Shown: piece by piece, positions 13,801-26,900 of the stretch | Layout: every line of letters starts with the position of its first letter | How positions within the stretch are numbered: position 1 is the first letter of the stretch | Assembly: GCA_963924565.1 (NCBI GenBank) | Contig: OZ004612.1 | Span: 7,192,001-7,256,000 of the forward strand | Length of the DNA stretch: 64,000 bases | Direction: 5' to 3' | Source of the DNA: Ascidiella aspersa | Taxonomy: Eukaryota | The notes under the pieces: model-generated | What the model was told of the DNA's origin: nothing | The model's input: the letters and a program-made list of their open reading frames with translations, nothing else | Database searches by the model: none | Translations under genes and position numbers: made by a program

Positions 13801-16800
13801 TAATACTGTTAACAGATCCAATTTACCGAAAACTAGTCTTTATAATGGTAAAAAACTTATTTGAAACAACATTTTAAGTTGAACTGTTAGATTTTTACTT
13901 CAAATTTTGTAACGATAGTAACGATGTTACAGCAATTATTTAATATTTAGCATACTTATTTAGTCGTCGTGGCTCCGTTGCTATTTGTTTTTTAAACACC
14001 TTCTACATATAGTCCTTGTTTTCCTGTGGTCGGTTTGAAACCTCATTTTTATTTTATCCTGTTTCCACTAAATAATAATTTCCATTTTTTGAAAAACCCT
14101 TTTAATAAAAAAAAAACTTTTAATAATTTTTTTGGCAAAACCCTTTTAATAATTTTGTTACTTTGCTGATTGGTCTCTAAAATTTTTTGCATGTTGGTCT
14201 CCGGATTTTTTTAAGTGAGTCTCACCCTTTGTTGCAGGACCTCGACGAAGATAGCCATTATTGGTCAGTGGCCGACGACCAGCAGTACTGGGCCCGACAA
14301 GGCCAGAAGCAGCCCAACCCATTCGTGTGCGCCGCTATTGCCAAGCAAGTCGACTACTACCTATCCGACGACTATCTGATCAAGGACAAGTACTTGCTGC
14401 GCCAGATTCGCTGCAAGAAGGACGGCTACGTCAGCATCAAGTTGATTACGTCATTCAAGAAGGTCAAGAAGCTGACGCGCGACTGGCAGGTGGTGCGCAG
14501 CGCCATCGCGCGGAACTCGCACAGCATCGTGGTGAGCCCGGAAGGCCTGAGAATCCGAAGACGCGCGAAACTGTCCGACAACTTGCGAAAGCCGAGGCTG
14601 CTCACCAGCGTGTTGGTAAGTGTCGAGTTTATTAAGATGTCAGTTAAAATTACGCTACTCAGAATAGATAGATTGATTAAAATTCCGCTATTCCGGATAT
14701 CGTTATCTATTATAAAATAAACAGGAATACAAATGTTGTTAGAAATTGACTCAGACTTATAAAGAACATGGTTGAAAATAGACTAAAGCAACAAATACGA
14801 CCATTATTCAAATAGATTGTATACTTATTGAAATACCTTAAATTCTCTATTTTATGTAATTTATAAAGTGAAAATAAAATTATATTTCTTGTGATTTCCA
14901 TAATTTGTACAAGGAAATTGTTTTTTGTGTGTGTGATTGTTATTATTTTATTCATGCATTCCAAAAGATTAAATCTATAACTAAATGGAATAAAAGTAAA
15001 GAATAATTATTTATCCTAATTCAAAAAAGAATTTAACGACCGTTTATTCATTTGTAGGTCATTCGATTGCCGGAAGATTACAATTCAGTGCAGAAGGTGA
15101 CTTCTCTCTTCCGTAACTTTGGAGAGATCAGCTTCGTCCGTTTGCTTCGAGCCGACAAGGAAGTGCCGGCAGATCTGAGAAACTACGCGACTCAAGTCCA
15201 TGATATCGGTAAGAACATGCTCTGTGTTGTATAGTAGATTTAGAATGTAAGGTTTCCTGTAATACTGTTGAGATTTAAGATGACACATTTTTATGTTCTA
15301 AGCCCTTTCCCTAAGAGACTTGTAATTATTTGTCATTGGATAAACGTTTTTAAAGTTTATTATTTTCAAGTCACTGTCTTGTTAAATTTCGTTTACTCCA
15401 TGCACAAGAATAGCAAATCGTAACAACGTGTCAGATACGGTATAATTTTGCAATTTAAATCTCAACATTTCTTATCACACAAATTCAAGAAAGTTTGGTA
15501 TTTTGCCACAAAATCTTTTAAAATAGGAATAATTGTTAAAAGTTTAAAAACATACGGGTTTAGATGATATTTATTAGCAAACTGTTTATTAATTTATCGT
15601 CTTTTCAACGCTTTCATATCGTAAAGCTTATACGAGCAAGATCAATTATATAATAGCCGCGATTGTTTTCAACTACTACAAAACATGCTAGTCACCTACA
15701 AACTATATAGCTTCCTCTTGTCGGGACTTTTCGCTACGATAGTTTCAAAGACAACGTCACGAGGCTCGATAAGAGTAGTCACTTTCTCAACCACAGACCT
15801 CGTGCAATCCAGCACGATCCGTGGATTAAGTTTCGTCTGTTTTTCTGGAGTTTTAGCCCTCACTATATGCACAGGCCATCGCACCTGTTTATATGGCCGG
15901 TGTGAAAACGACCGGGCCTATTTTATATTACTTGTTTTTGAGAAGTTTTTCAACCTTTACTGCGCGAACAGAGTGCAAAGAATAACGACGATTGACTTTA
16001 AGTTAACCAATACCACGAAAGTTAAAAAATGGCATTAAAGCCTTATCGTTACAAACGTAATAGAGTCACTGCTAAAAACAGAGCTTGGCTATTTTCTAAA
16101 CGGCCATGTAAACTGACCCTCCAAGCGATTTAGCCCGAGGGTTAAAAGTTGCTCGAATCGTATTTTGCCTCGTCAACAAGTTCCGAGACAAACAGCGCCT
16201 TTTCTTACTACGTGAAAAATAATCTTAAGTCGCGACTCGTGTAACGGACGAAGATATTTCGGCCACCGCAAGCACGAAGCATTATATAGCCCCAGGCTTT
16301 GGCCTTGGTCTTGGCACGCTTATGCAGTGGTGAGTGCCGAGTTTGTGAGGTGCTAGATCACTGTATGACGCACACAGGATGCGGGATGTGTTTGTTCTCC
16401 AGAGCTTGGCGGCCAAACATGGTTAAGATCGCGCCTGAGATTATCGTCGAATAGCTTATCGTTCTTGTTTACTCGGCTCTCGTATAGTTTGTTTTCGGAA
16501 AACGCACATGCACCTTTTGTGTGTGCATTTGATGGCGTAATAATGTGGATCTTTGACCTAGAGCGAGTTTGTGCGTACATGTTTTGAGACTTGAAGTTCT
16601 TTACAAAATCTTTTTGAAGTTTTTGTTTTGTTCGAATAAAATCTCCCTGGTAATTTAAATTTATTCTTAGAACGTTTTATATTTCTTACATCCTTATCCT
16701 ATACTTGTTTATGGCTACCTATTTTCCCTGCGAATCAAACTTCAGAATTATAAACTTACCACCAAACATGTCGCGTTGCTAAACTGGATAAGACGTTGGC

Positions 16801-18354
16801 TACATGTAATTGTAAGACTAGAACGTTCACTTGAACCGAACGAACCTTAAGATTTAAAAACCTAATCACATCGCTTTTCTCTGCTCAGGGGCGACACTGT
16901 GCGGCGTGATCGACTTCGAGTGTTCGGAGGATGCTCTCAACGCGGTTCGTGTTGTGAAGCACTTCCAGAAGCAGAACGAAGTCCCGTCCGATGAGCGCAG
17001 AGACGGCCAGGACGATGGAACAGAATGCGACGGATCATTCGCCGAGAAATACAACGCCATTTTGCAAGGTTCGTAGCACGATATTCTTTGTGAAACTTTT
17101 TGCAACATATCGGGTATTTTAAGAGGGCGGGGTTTTGGATAGTTTACAACAAACTTAAAATCAACCTTGAACTGTACATTGGGTTGTCATCATGAGTGGA
17201 TCGTACAGATAGGTTATAATTTTATATAGATCCAGTATTCAAACGTCGAAAAACTGTTGTGACGATACGTATATAACCTGTTCAGAAGGGCATGCTCGCC
17301 TCTAGGCAAATCAAAGCCTCATTTGAAATTGACCACGTCGTAAATACGCTGTATAAATATCGCCGCATAGACAAACTTTACACTAGAAGAATGATTTTCC
17401 TATGAAAACGCTACAGGACTTTGACTATATGCAGTATGTGTTATATTTAGCATATCTAAAGAAAAAATATAGTAAATTAGCGACAGGAAATCGAGTGTCA
17501 GTTGACTGGGTGGTTGATTTCCTGTCGCTAATATACTATTTAAATTACAGTTTAATCTTTGGTTTGGAGTATAGTCAGATTTTTAGCTGAGCAGAACAAC
17601 TAACGTCAGAACTCGTTATAAATGTCATAAAATAGAACGTTATAAAACTGTTCCACGATTTGCGTATCTGATGATAGTTAGTTGAACGGACGGCCTTTTC
17701 TCAATGTACTTAGTATTTGATGAATAATATATCGTGGTAAAACATTGATTGAAGCCCAACAGTCGAAACTACATTTAACCTAATGTTATCACACTTTGGC
17801 AATAATATATCTATATGTATCTGTCTGGTTGATATACGTTTAAATAAATCCGCTATACGCATCTTTAACAGTTTATATTTCCTCCTGCAGACTTGCCTCC
17901 TCTCGGAGATCTGCGTCTTGCTCTTCTCGGTCCCCGGGTGCGGAGGACCCTTTACAGACAGGATCGTGTGTCGGAGAGCTCCGAGCATCCGGATCAGGAT
18001 CCCTCTTCACCATCTTCTACCTCTTCCGACATCCAACAGCAGAACAACGAAGAGCGAATGAAGTCGCTCGAACTGGACACAGTCGAACGTCGTCGCCGCC
18101 TCAGCGCTGACGACACAATGACGTCACGCAGCCATGGCAACGAGATCGTCAATCGACGTCACCACGGAGTCTCTAGCGACGAATTCAGCCGCTCCTTGCC
18201 CAAGAACTTTGGTGCCTCCTGTTCGTGGGTGACCCAAAGGCGCAGCGCCGCCCTTAGTGGCCTGGTTGGCCCGGCCACTCCCCCATTCCACGCCCTCAGG
18301 GCCCCCAAAGGTCCCGACGGAACCCCGGGTTTCAAATTCCGGAGAAACTTGTAA
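7863..18354 (+). CDS. LARP6: La-related protein 6 (Acheron), 8 coding exons, ~609 aa
   Basis: Exons 7863-7931, 8330-8450, 11377-11660, 13432-13614, 14238-14615, 15058-15208, 16889-17068, 17891-18354 join through GT-AG introns into one 1830-nt frame. La motif KQVDYYLSDDYLIKDKYLL..GYVSIKLITSFKKVKKLTRDW, RRM FGEISFVRLLR..CGVIDFE..LRLALLG, C-terminal LSA/SUZ-C motif LRAPKGPDGTPGF. Start codon (7863 or 7887) and the first exons are less certain. Confidence 0.92.
14238..14615 (+). CDS. LARP6: LARP6 La-motif exon
   Basis: Acceptor ttgcag| and donor |gtaagt; LARP6-type LaM sequence GYVSIKLITSFKKVKKLTRDW. Confidence 0.95.
17891..18354 (+). CDS. LARP6: LARP6 last coding exon (end of RRM, linker, LSA/SUZ-C motif)
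   Basis: Acceptor ctgcag|; SWVTQRR...LRAPKGPDGTPGFKFRRNL*. Confidence 0.9.
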
Positions 18355-19078
18355 AAATGTATGTTAAGCAAGAGATATAGTTTATGAGGTGTAAGCGGTT
18401 ATTTTGTGGTAGGGTTGTGGAAAAAAACGTGTGAATATCTATTATACTTAAAAAAACAGCGACTGTAGTGCAATAGATGATCGTTGGACGCGATTTTAAA
18501 AGTTTGATCAAAAGTCGCAAACGCCATATCCAAAGTGCCAAATTTGTGTCAGGCTCGTCTGTGTGTTTATCGAACAATTGTATGCTTTTTGTTTTTTACG
18601 CTTTTTCCTTGTAACTGTGGTGGCACCTCTCCAATGTATTATTGCATTTTTCTTTTGATTTGTCGCAAACTCTCATCTGCTTTGCTTTTGACTGTCGTTT
18701 GTTGGAAAAATATATTTAAATTTACCACATATTTTCGATTACAAAATGGTTTGCTTCGAGAAAGGAAATTCTATTCACGATTTGTTGCGCAAAGCTATGA
18801 AAAACTGTACTTTTAAATTATTTAGCAACCCACCGTGGCAAGCATCGAAACTTAGTTGATAAACAAGGACTTGCGAATGCCTGCTTTTTGCCAGCTAATG
18901 CTAACCAAAGAGTTGTCCATGAGCCTGCTTTCTCCGACTTTGCCTCTTTGAGGGAGGCAATACACCGCACACGCTTTGATCTTTGATAAAGCTGTTTGGT
19001 GCTCTTCTGTTGTGTTCGTGTGTTCTATATCGTTTGATTGCACACCATGCCGTAACATACGTGCCTTGCCCTTTTTCC

Positions 19079-19084
19079 AATAAA
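19079..19084 (+). terminator. Candidate polyadenylation signal for LARP6 (homologs at 34573 and 49873 follow the PTP copies)
   Basis: First AATAAA I could find downstream of the LARP6 stop codon. Confidence 0.35.
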
Positions 19085-20915
19085 TTCTAATAAGGAAGTC
19101 CAGCGATGTTATGAAAGTTAATGGTTGGTAGAGTTTAATTGCCTTGTAAAGGATTTCGCGAGTTGTATTGTCAGTACCCTAATATTTGCTACTATGGATT
19201 ACTATTAAAGAGATAACAGTGGTAACATTTACCAACACCTATTCGCCGCAAAACAAAATGGGTGTGGTAATAAAAAATCTTTTCATCGTTATTAACAGAT
19301 CCGCTTGGTGGGACAAGAACGTTTTACGCAAAAACCTTAGGACGTAGCAGCAATTGTTTAACTTCCGTAATATTCAAGCAAATAAGTAATCCCTGTACCA
19401 AACTGCTTTAAACGTAAAACAAATCTCGTTATAAAATAAAAATTGCCTTATGTCTGTTGCACTAAACGCGATATTTTGCGAACTCTACCTAGATGTTGCA
19501 GGGGTAATGACTATCCAAATATATTTTCGGGTTGTTTATTTAGAATGTCCGTGTTAGTTCTCAGGTGTATTAATTGAACTATGGTCTAAGGATGCGGTCC
19601 GTGTGATAGCAGAAGTTGTGTAATTTGCATGATATTCAAGCAAACGTCAAAAGTCAATCCCCGCATCAGATGTCTTCCAACGTTAGAAAAAACGGTTATC
19701 CGTATAAAAAAAAAAAACGCCGCCATAAACGCGATATTGTGCGAACATTTGGCGTGGTTAAACCTACTGTTGAAAGCGTTTAACCCACGACCGCTCAAAG
19801 GGGAAAATTCCTTCGCCGATTATGTATCCCTAAAAACTAGTTACTGCGTTTAATTTACTCACGCCTGCCGATTTATAACAAATTAGATTTGCTACAAAGG
19901 TTTGGAAAAAAGGCCCCAGCGTTACCTTGGTTTCATTGTAGCCTATTATTGGCCAGTTAGATCTACAATTTCGATAAAGCATTTTCGACAGCACCCATTG
20001 TTTAAATATAAATAAATTAGTGTGCCGTTGCAGTAGGACGACCTGCTAATAATATAAACAATGTACATCAGTAATGTTTCAGTTTCATGTTCTATTGCGA
20101 GTATCAACCCATATAAGTGCATAACACGTTATTCCATGTCAGACATTCAAATTACATTTAGCCTATTTTAACATACAAACTTCAATAAATGACATATAAT
20201 CGACTGGGAGACTAAAGCAACAGGTCGTTATCTATCTTGTGTTTGTTCGTTTGAAGTAAACAAAGTTAAAATAATAAATTAACCAACGTCCTTATTTCTT
20301 CACGACAAACACATTACGGCATCTTCGAAAGTTATTTATCGTATCATGGTTCAAAAATCAATTGTGTTTTTTTCGGAAAATTCCATATTACAGATTCTTT
20401 CCATTAATATATAGATTTGTTTTTCTAAATTTGTAATATTTCCGAAATACCAGTTTTTACCACAAGTAAAGCCAATGGCACTTCACAATCACCTCAAATT
20501 AGCTTTTTGACAGAAAACGTACGATTTTTTAAAAGATTGAAACAAAAAGAAATATTTAATTTGATGCCAAAACATAAATAATGTGACTCCTGACATATAG
20601 AGTTGTCACGTGTCTACTGCATTTATGTAATGAAACAGAAACAAATTCCTAGCGTTATTTTATGGTTATACTTCGAAAGCAATGGATTGGTTGACTTTTT
20701 GTTTGTGTTCATTTAGTGTTGTTATTGCTTCGGCACCACAAACGTGTGGTATAACTGAACCCGCGCAACCTACACAGGACAAGGAAATCAAATATTATTA
20801 GAATGATAAAGCGTGGTTCTTATCTTTTACATTAGTTCGAAAGAAGTTTGCTAGGTACCAATCTATCCTATGCTGCTTATCACTATACCGAACTGAAACT
20901 TGTTCTTGTAATTCA

Positions 20916-23900
20916 ATGGCAGACAAAGTGGCTCGTTTATGGCTTCTGTTAGTATTAGCCTTAATTTCATCTATGCGGATAACAAAAGGAGAAGGTTCGT
21001 TTGTTGCTGAATATTTTAATTCATTTTAAAGGTAGGGTCGGATCTAAGGTTGGTGCGAATCCATGCTCCCCAATTAGTATATTTTGCACCTTTTAAAAAT
21101 GTAAAGGTAAAATGTTTCACGCTTTGCGCGAAACTAGACCATCTTTATAGTATGTTTTAGCCAGTCTACAAAAAAACACTTTTTTGTTTGAAGATACCGT
21201 GCTGCTTATCGCCCCTCTGAGATGACGTTCGTGGCCACTTAGGTTTTCCGTCGTGTTAACAAAAATTATAAGACGTATTTTCATACCACACCATAAAACA
21301 TAATGGCCCTTTTTTATTTAAGTGATTTAAAAAAGGTTATTTGAATTAACGCTGCGGTGCTGTTTTTAGGTGTATTTCTATATGACGTTGATTTAGAAGT
21401 ATAGCTTTTTAACAAAAATGTAGGTTAAAAGATTTATTCGGTGAACAACGTTTTACGATTGTTTTAAGAAATATTAACGCTTTTTAGTCTGAATCTGCGA
21501 TGACCTTCTATTTATTGTTTACAGCGCACATCTTTACTCTATTTAACGTTGGAAATACGATTTACACTTTATCTGACGAACTTGTGGATGCGAACACGGC
21601 AGCAGCAAAGTGTAAACTATTGGGTGGATCTCTTGCTGTTTTGAAAGATCAATTTGTTAGGGATAAGTTTTATCAGGAGATCCAAAACAAATATTACAAC
21701 CCGGGTAAGTCTATTTGTACGATGAAGGTGGTGTGAAACATCTGCTGCTTTTGCCAACAAGGTTGTTCGAAAATTTCGAATCGTAGCCTAACTCTATGCA
21801 AAGTGATATTACCACTATCCGTCCGATAGTCAGGTGGTATCGGTGCCGATCCGACACATAATTGAACTATGCATTACAGTCATGTTTGCGATCTTATGTG
21901 GGGTTTTATCATGGAAACATAGAATTCTGAGATATATTAATCAACAAATCGACAAATAGAATTCCTAACGAAAACCTGAAATTTAAGTCCAATACCTTGA
22001 ACATGATTCTTTACGGAATTAGCTTTAAGCTTATCAATTCGACCAAATTTGCTAACTTGGCGATTGTTATGACGTCATTCGTTATCGGACCGGATCGCGG
22101 TACATTTGGAATATCTGCTATCCGTATCGGATTAAAGTATTTAGTATTTGACATCCCCAGTTGACAGTATAACCTGGATTCGTAACAAAACGTGAGTCAA
22201 ATGCTTGTTTAGTTTGATGTGTTCTACTTAACAGAAATTGTTGATGGAACAATCCAACTTCCTCTTAACGCATTAAGGTTATATTAGTTAAAGCAGGGTT
22301 TCCCAAACTGTGGTCCGCGAACCATTGGTTGTCCGTGACGACTGCACAGGTGGTCCATGGCGATATGAAAAGAAATTAAAAAGTTACGCATATACGTTGT
22401 ACAGCAGGGGTCGAAAACCTAGGATCCGGCCTGTGTATGTAATTTATCCGACACGCAGCCTCTTTGACAAACTAGACACGAGTCCATTTCTCGTACTTTT
22501 TGACTATTCAAATTTTCGCCCTTTGCGTTAACGATCTTTATACATGAGGTTTGTTTACGTTATAATGCTTCCATTTGAACTAGATTAGAGCTTCTTGCGC
22601 TGTTTAAGACTGACTGCCAAGTGCCAAAGTGCGTCGCGTACAAACGAAAAACGCATTAAAGCATATTGAACATACATTTTTAATTTTTATGTTTGAAATG
22701 TAATAGAAACTTGCGAGAAATATGAAAGAAATGCCGGAATACTCCCCCCCAAAATATCGCGCTCGCTTCGCTCGCCAGGTGCGCCCCCACTTTAATAGGT
22801 TAACAAACACTGAACTAGATTAACCATTAAGGTTATCACGTTTTCTCAAAGTGGTTTTATTACACTTTTTAATATAAATAACGACGTGTGGACTCCCATT
22901 GATGCTGTCAGTTTTGTATATATGTAAAATTGGGATTTATTTATTTTTTGCTTTGTTTAGCGGTCCGCGAAAAAACAGATTTACAAATAGTGGTCCGCGG
23001 TCCAAAAAAGTTTGGGAAACCATGAGTTAAGCACAGAATCCAGTAAATACACAGACATAAGTCAAGTCATTACTTAAGCTCAAATCATTCAAAGTAGATT
23101 TTATCAGTTATGTGAAAATATAATACCACTGATATTAATACTAAGATATTTGTTTACTACACAGCTAATGAAATAAATAACATTTCAATTTTGTCCTTTC
23201 AGTTAGCTGTTTTTCTAAATTCTAAAGTTTTGATTTTTTGAAACTTTAAGAAATGTACTAAAGCGCACTTTTTTCAAGATCTTCAAAGAGTTTACATCTT
23301 TTACGGCAAAGTTTGGGATAAAACAGTTTACAAATTCTCCAAAGATTCAGCAATTTTGGGAAATTGGTCAAAGTCGGACGAACTTGGGCAACTGTCGTAT
23401 TTGGACTTCTACAAAACGTAAGGGAATTTAATAAAATTACAATTAATGATATTTCAGGCCAACTAGAAAAAAGATTACAAGAATTAAAAATCATTTCAAG
23501 ATTTGTAGGGTATCCTTCTTTCAATTGTAATAAAACAAGTTACGTCATTACAGGTTTCCGCAATGAGCACACTTGTTTAACCACTACGCTATAATAGGCA
23601 ATTTATGTAGAGCGACCGTTCATGGTTAAATTAGATTGTTTAATCTAAAATTTGTGGCTAACGATTGGAGCTATTTGTATTTAATTCATAATTTTTGGTT
23701 CAGGGAAGTTCAGGAATCACTGGACGAAACAGAATGTAATGTTTTGTAATTGTAATAAGCGAAGTGAACAGTTCGTATACACAATTTGTTTTCTGTGACC
23801 AGGAGCTTCTGGAGACGTTCTGGTCAACGATAACGGCTAACATTATATATTACATCAGATAGCTAGATAAACAAATAGCCTGTAGTGTGGTTCGTACTCA

Positions 23901-26900
23901 CCACCTCCGGCCATTGCGGACCACCGGTCTACCAACTAAGCTACTATGGCTCAGAGGGCAGCGATCACAGCACTTTTGCCTGTTGCACCCTGTTTGTACA
24001 AACAACCTCAATTGAACGGGACTAAATTAACAGCCCACTCGCTCAGGGTCTGATTACAAATTGTGTATACGAACGTTTTTAGTTGAATAAATTCCTTCAA
24101 GTAAGATTGTGTGAACAAACAGGCGGGTGTGAGGATAGACAGGGTGCGGCAGGAAATGGTCGTTTTTTACTATAAGCCTGTGTAGTTCAGCCGGGAGCGA
24201 AGATCGTAGGTTCAAAACTCACCCAGGCTAGTTGTTTTTCTAGCCGGACCTTGCTTTTACTATTATCCTGAAAAAGCCTAACGATTTAAGTATGCCTATC
24301 TGAAGGCATCCGGTGTTGTAATAAGGTGATAACAAAATTTAAAACTTTTTCTCGAGTGACCAAACTCCTTCAACAACTTGTTTAAATTGAGATTGTCAAA
24401 TTTCAAGGTTAATTCGTTTTAATGTAATTACATAGGGTGTAAAAAGTCTCCCTTCCTTGAGCTACACCTATGAGACAGACCCATTAACAGTAAAAAAAAT
24501 TAATCAAATTTTATAAAAGTTGGTCGGCATATAGGCAGATGTCAAAACAAGTTTTATTTTCTGATTTTTTTTTAAATAAATGGGACAAAGTTATGCAAAA
24601 TGCTGGCCGTTCTTAAGCTGCACATTATAAGTGTATAGTTTAACATGAAGGATGACGGAAAATGTTGATATATGAAAAGGGTTTGTGCTCCCTGGCCTAA
24701 ACTATAATAGCATGGATTTGATATTTGTTTAAGATTGCAATATAGGTTAAAGTAAAGTTATTTGTTTAAAAAGTGATTTCTTTTAACTTTTTACGTAACG
24801 GCTCATATAACAACGGAGTCCCATATTTCTATGAGCCAATATGGTTATTGTTACCTCAAATAATCAACATGCATCACAGTAATGATACCCAGCGAGAAGC
24901 AGTTTACTTTTGTCAATATGATCACATAAGATGGAGGGTGGTGACTACAGGAGAACCATCAGATAAAGGTCCAATCACCGACGGCTGCCCAACTAACGAA
25001 GGTGAGTGTTGAGTCAGAGTGTGAATAATATGTGTTTGGACACAAGTTTATATACAATATACATGTACCAAAACAAAACTATTTGAAACTTTTAGTCAAA
25101 ATTTAGACCTCCTACAGATTTAACAGTTTAATATTGATTATAGTACGTATGATGTAACACAGTAAAAAGTTTCCTATAAAATCCACATATAAACGAAGCT
25201 GTGAATCATATTTGAAGGAAGGGTCAAATTGTTAAACCAAGGATAATGGGTTTATAGACTCCAGATTTCTGACAGCTTTATATGCTTATGTAGGTTGGTC
25301 AGATGACTTCCACCTATACGCACGAAGCTCGCCAGCTACAGGACACCAACCTATATACAACTTCTTGAGAAATTTTGATCCACGTGGAAGCAGGTTGACT
25401 AATGTGAATAGTCCTTACGGTGGATTTGATCAATTAAAGAAAACATATTATTTACCAGGTATCCGAAAAATATCACAAACGGTTTACCGGCCTCCGTAAA
25501 TATCTAGACATGGTAGAAAACTAACAAATTTTAAATTATATGTCAGTGTATGCCGTACATGGTCTTGTGTAAGTTATACTTAGAATCTTCTACGTTATTA
25601 TTTAACTAAAAATACCTATAAACCACGGCTATTATATTTAATATAAACGTTATTGTTGTATATAACGACATGTAAAATAAATGTATCAGACTCCCCCCTT
25701 AAAAAACAAACTTGACCACATATTTTCTACGAGATTATATTGAATGGGAGTATGGTAAGTTTAGATTTGGTTTGTTAATAGACTGTTGCAACCCACGACT
25801 TGACAAGCGATTTGTGGTTTGCTGAATTCAAATTGACATAGGTTTGTTTCGAAGTGACTTGCGTCACGACTATTTGTAAATGTTACAGCTTTCTACGCTT
25901 CCAAAGAGAGCGAAGTTTCATTCGACCAAACTTAAGTTCGGCCCATTGTTTCATATTACATCCTGATGTTCCATTAAGGGTGTGTTAATTTTTTGATAAC
26001 AACTATCGAGTGTCATATAGTTAATATAGTGAGAAGCGTTTTTGTGGGAGCTCAATACAACACAAGTTCTAAGCTATGGCTTTGGAATGATGGAAAAAAC
26101 GCAAACTTTTCCACAACACCTACAACATGCAAACAGAAAGCATTGTCGTATGAAATAAAAGATCTGGAAGATAGAAACTGCTCGGGACAACTGGCCTACT
26201 ACTCGTGTGAAGTGAAATCAAATCGTAAGTATGCACAACCAACAAACCACTTTTCACCATCATAATTTCAACGTAGAAACTGATTACAATCAACATGTTG
26301 TGATTTATTGTTCAACATTTAGTGACAACATGGATAACAACGGAGAAATGTAACTCCACAATTATTTACGTGAACTGGTCTAACGATTTTAACAAAGTGG
26401 CAACCAAAATGAAACTTAATCTTACTATAAAGGTATTTTGTTCCTTTTCAAAACAATATAGTAAAAAGTGTAATTCAAAAAGGTAACCTTGTTCATAGTA
26501 CTCGGAATAATTTTATCCGCAGATTGAAATCGAAAGAAAGAGTAGCAATGTGTTTAATTTAAGCAAGGCACTACAAAATGACCGCATCAAAATATCGGGA
26601 TTAGAGCAACGTACCAACTACCGCGTAAAAGTAAATTTATTCGACTTTTTTAGAGTTTTAGAGTGAATTCCGATTTAGCCTACTTGAATACCACATTTGC
26701 TCTAAGGTTATATTTCACGATTCCAACAACTTCAGCATTGCGTCAACTCAAAACGTCACAACTGGATTTGGCAGACCGGATCCAATCACTGACGCCTACG
26801 TTAAGCCATCACAGCCTTGTGTTATCGCCTTTCGTGAAAGTTCTTGGCTAGAAAATGCTACTTCGTACAAAGTAATGTTTCTTTATTTACCTTATTTTCT

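Noticed and set aside
11377-14635. Alternative-frame ORFs 11377-11664, 11373-11567 and 14261-14635
   Set aside because: Shadows of GC-rich LARP6 exons; splice phase supports only the LARP6 frame.
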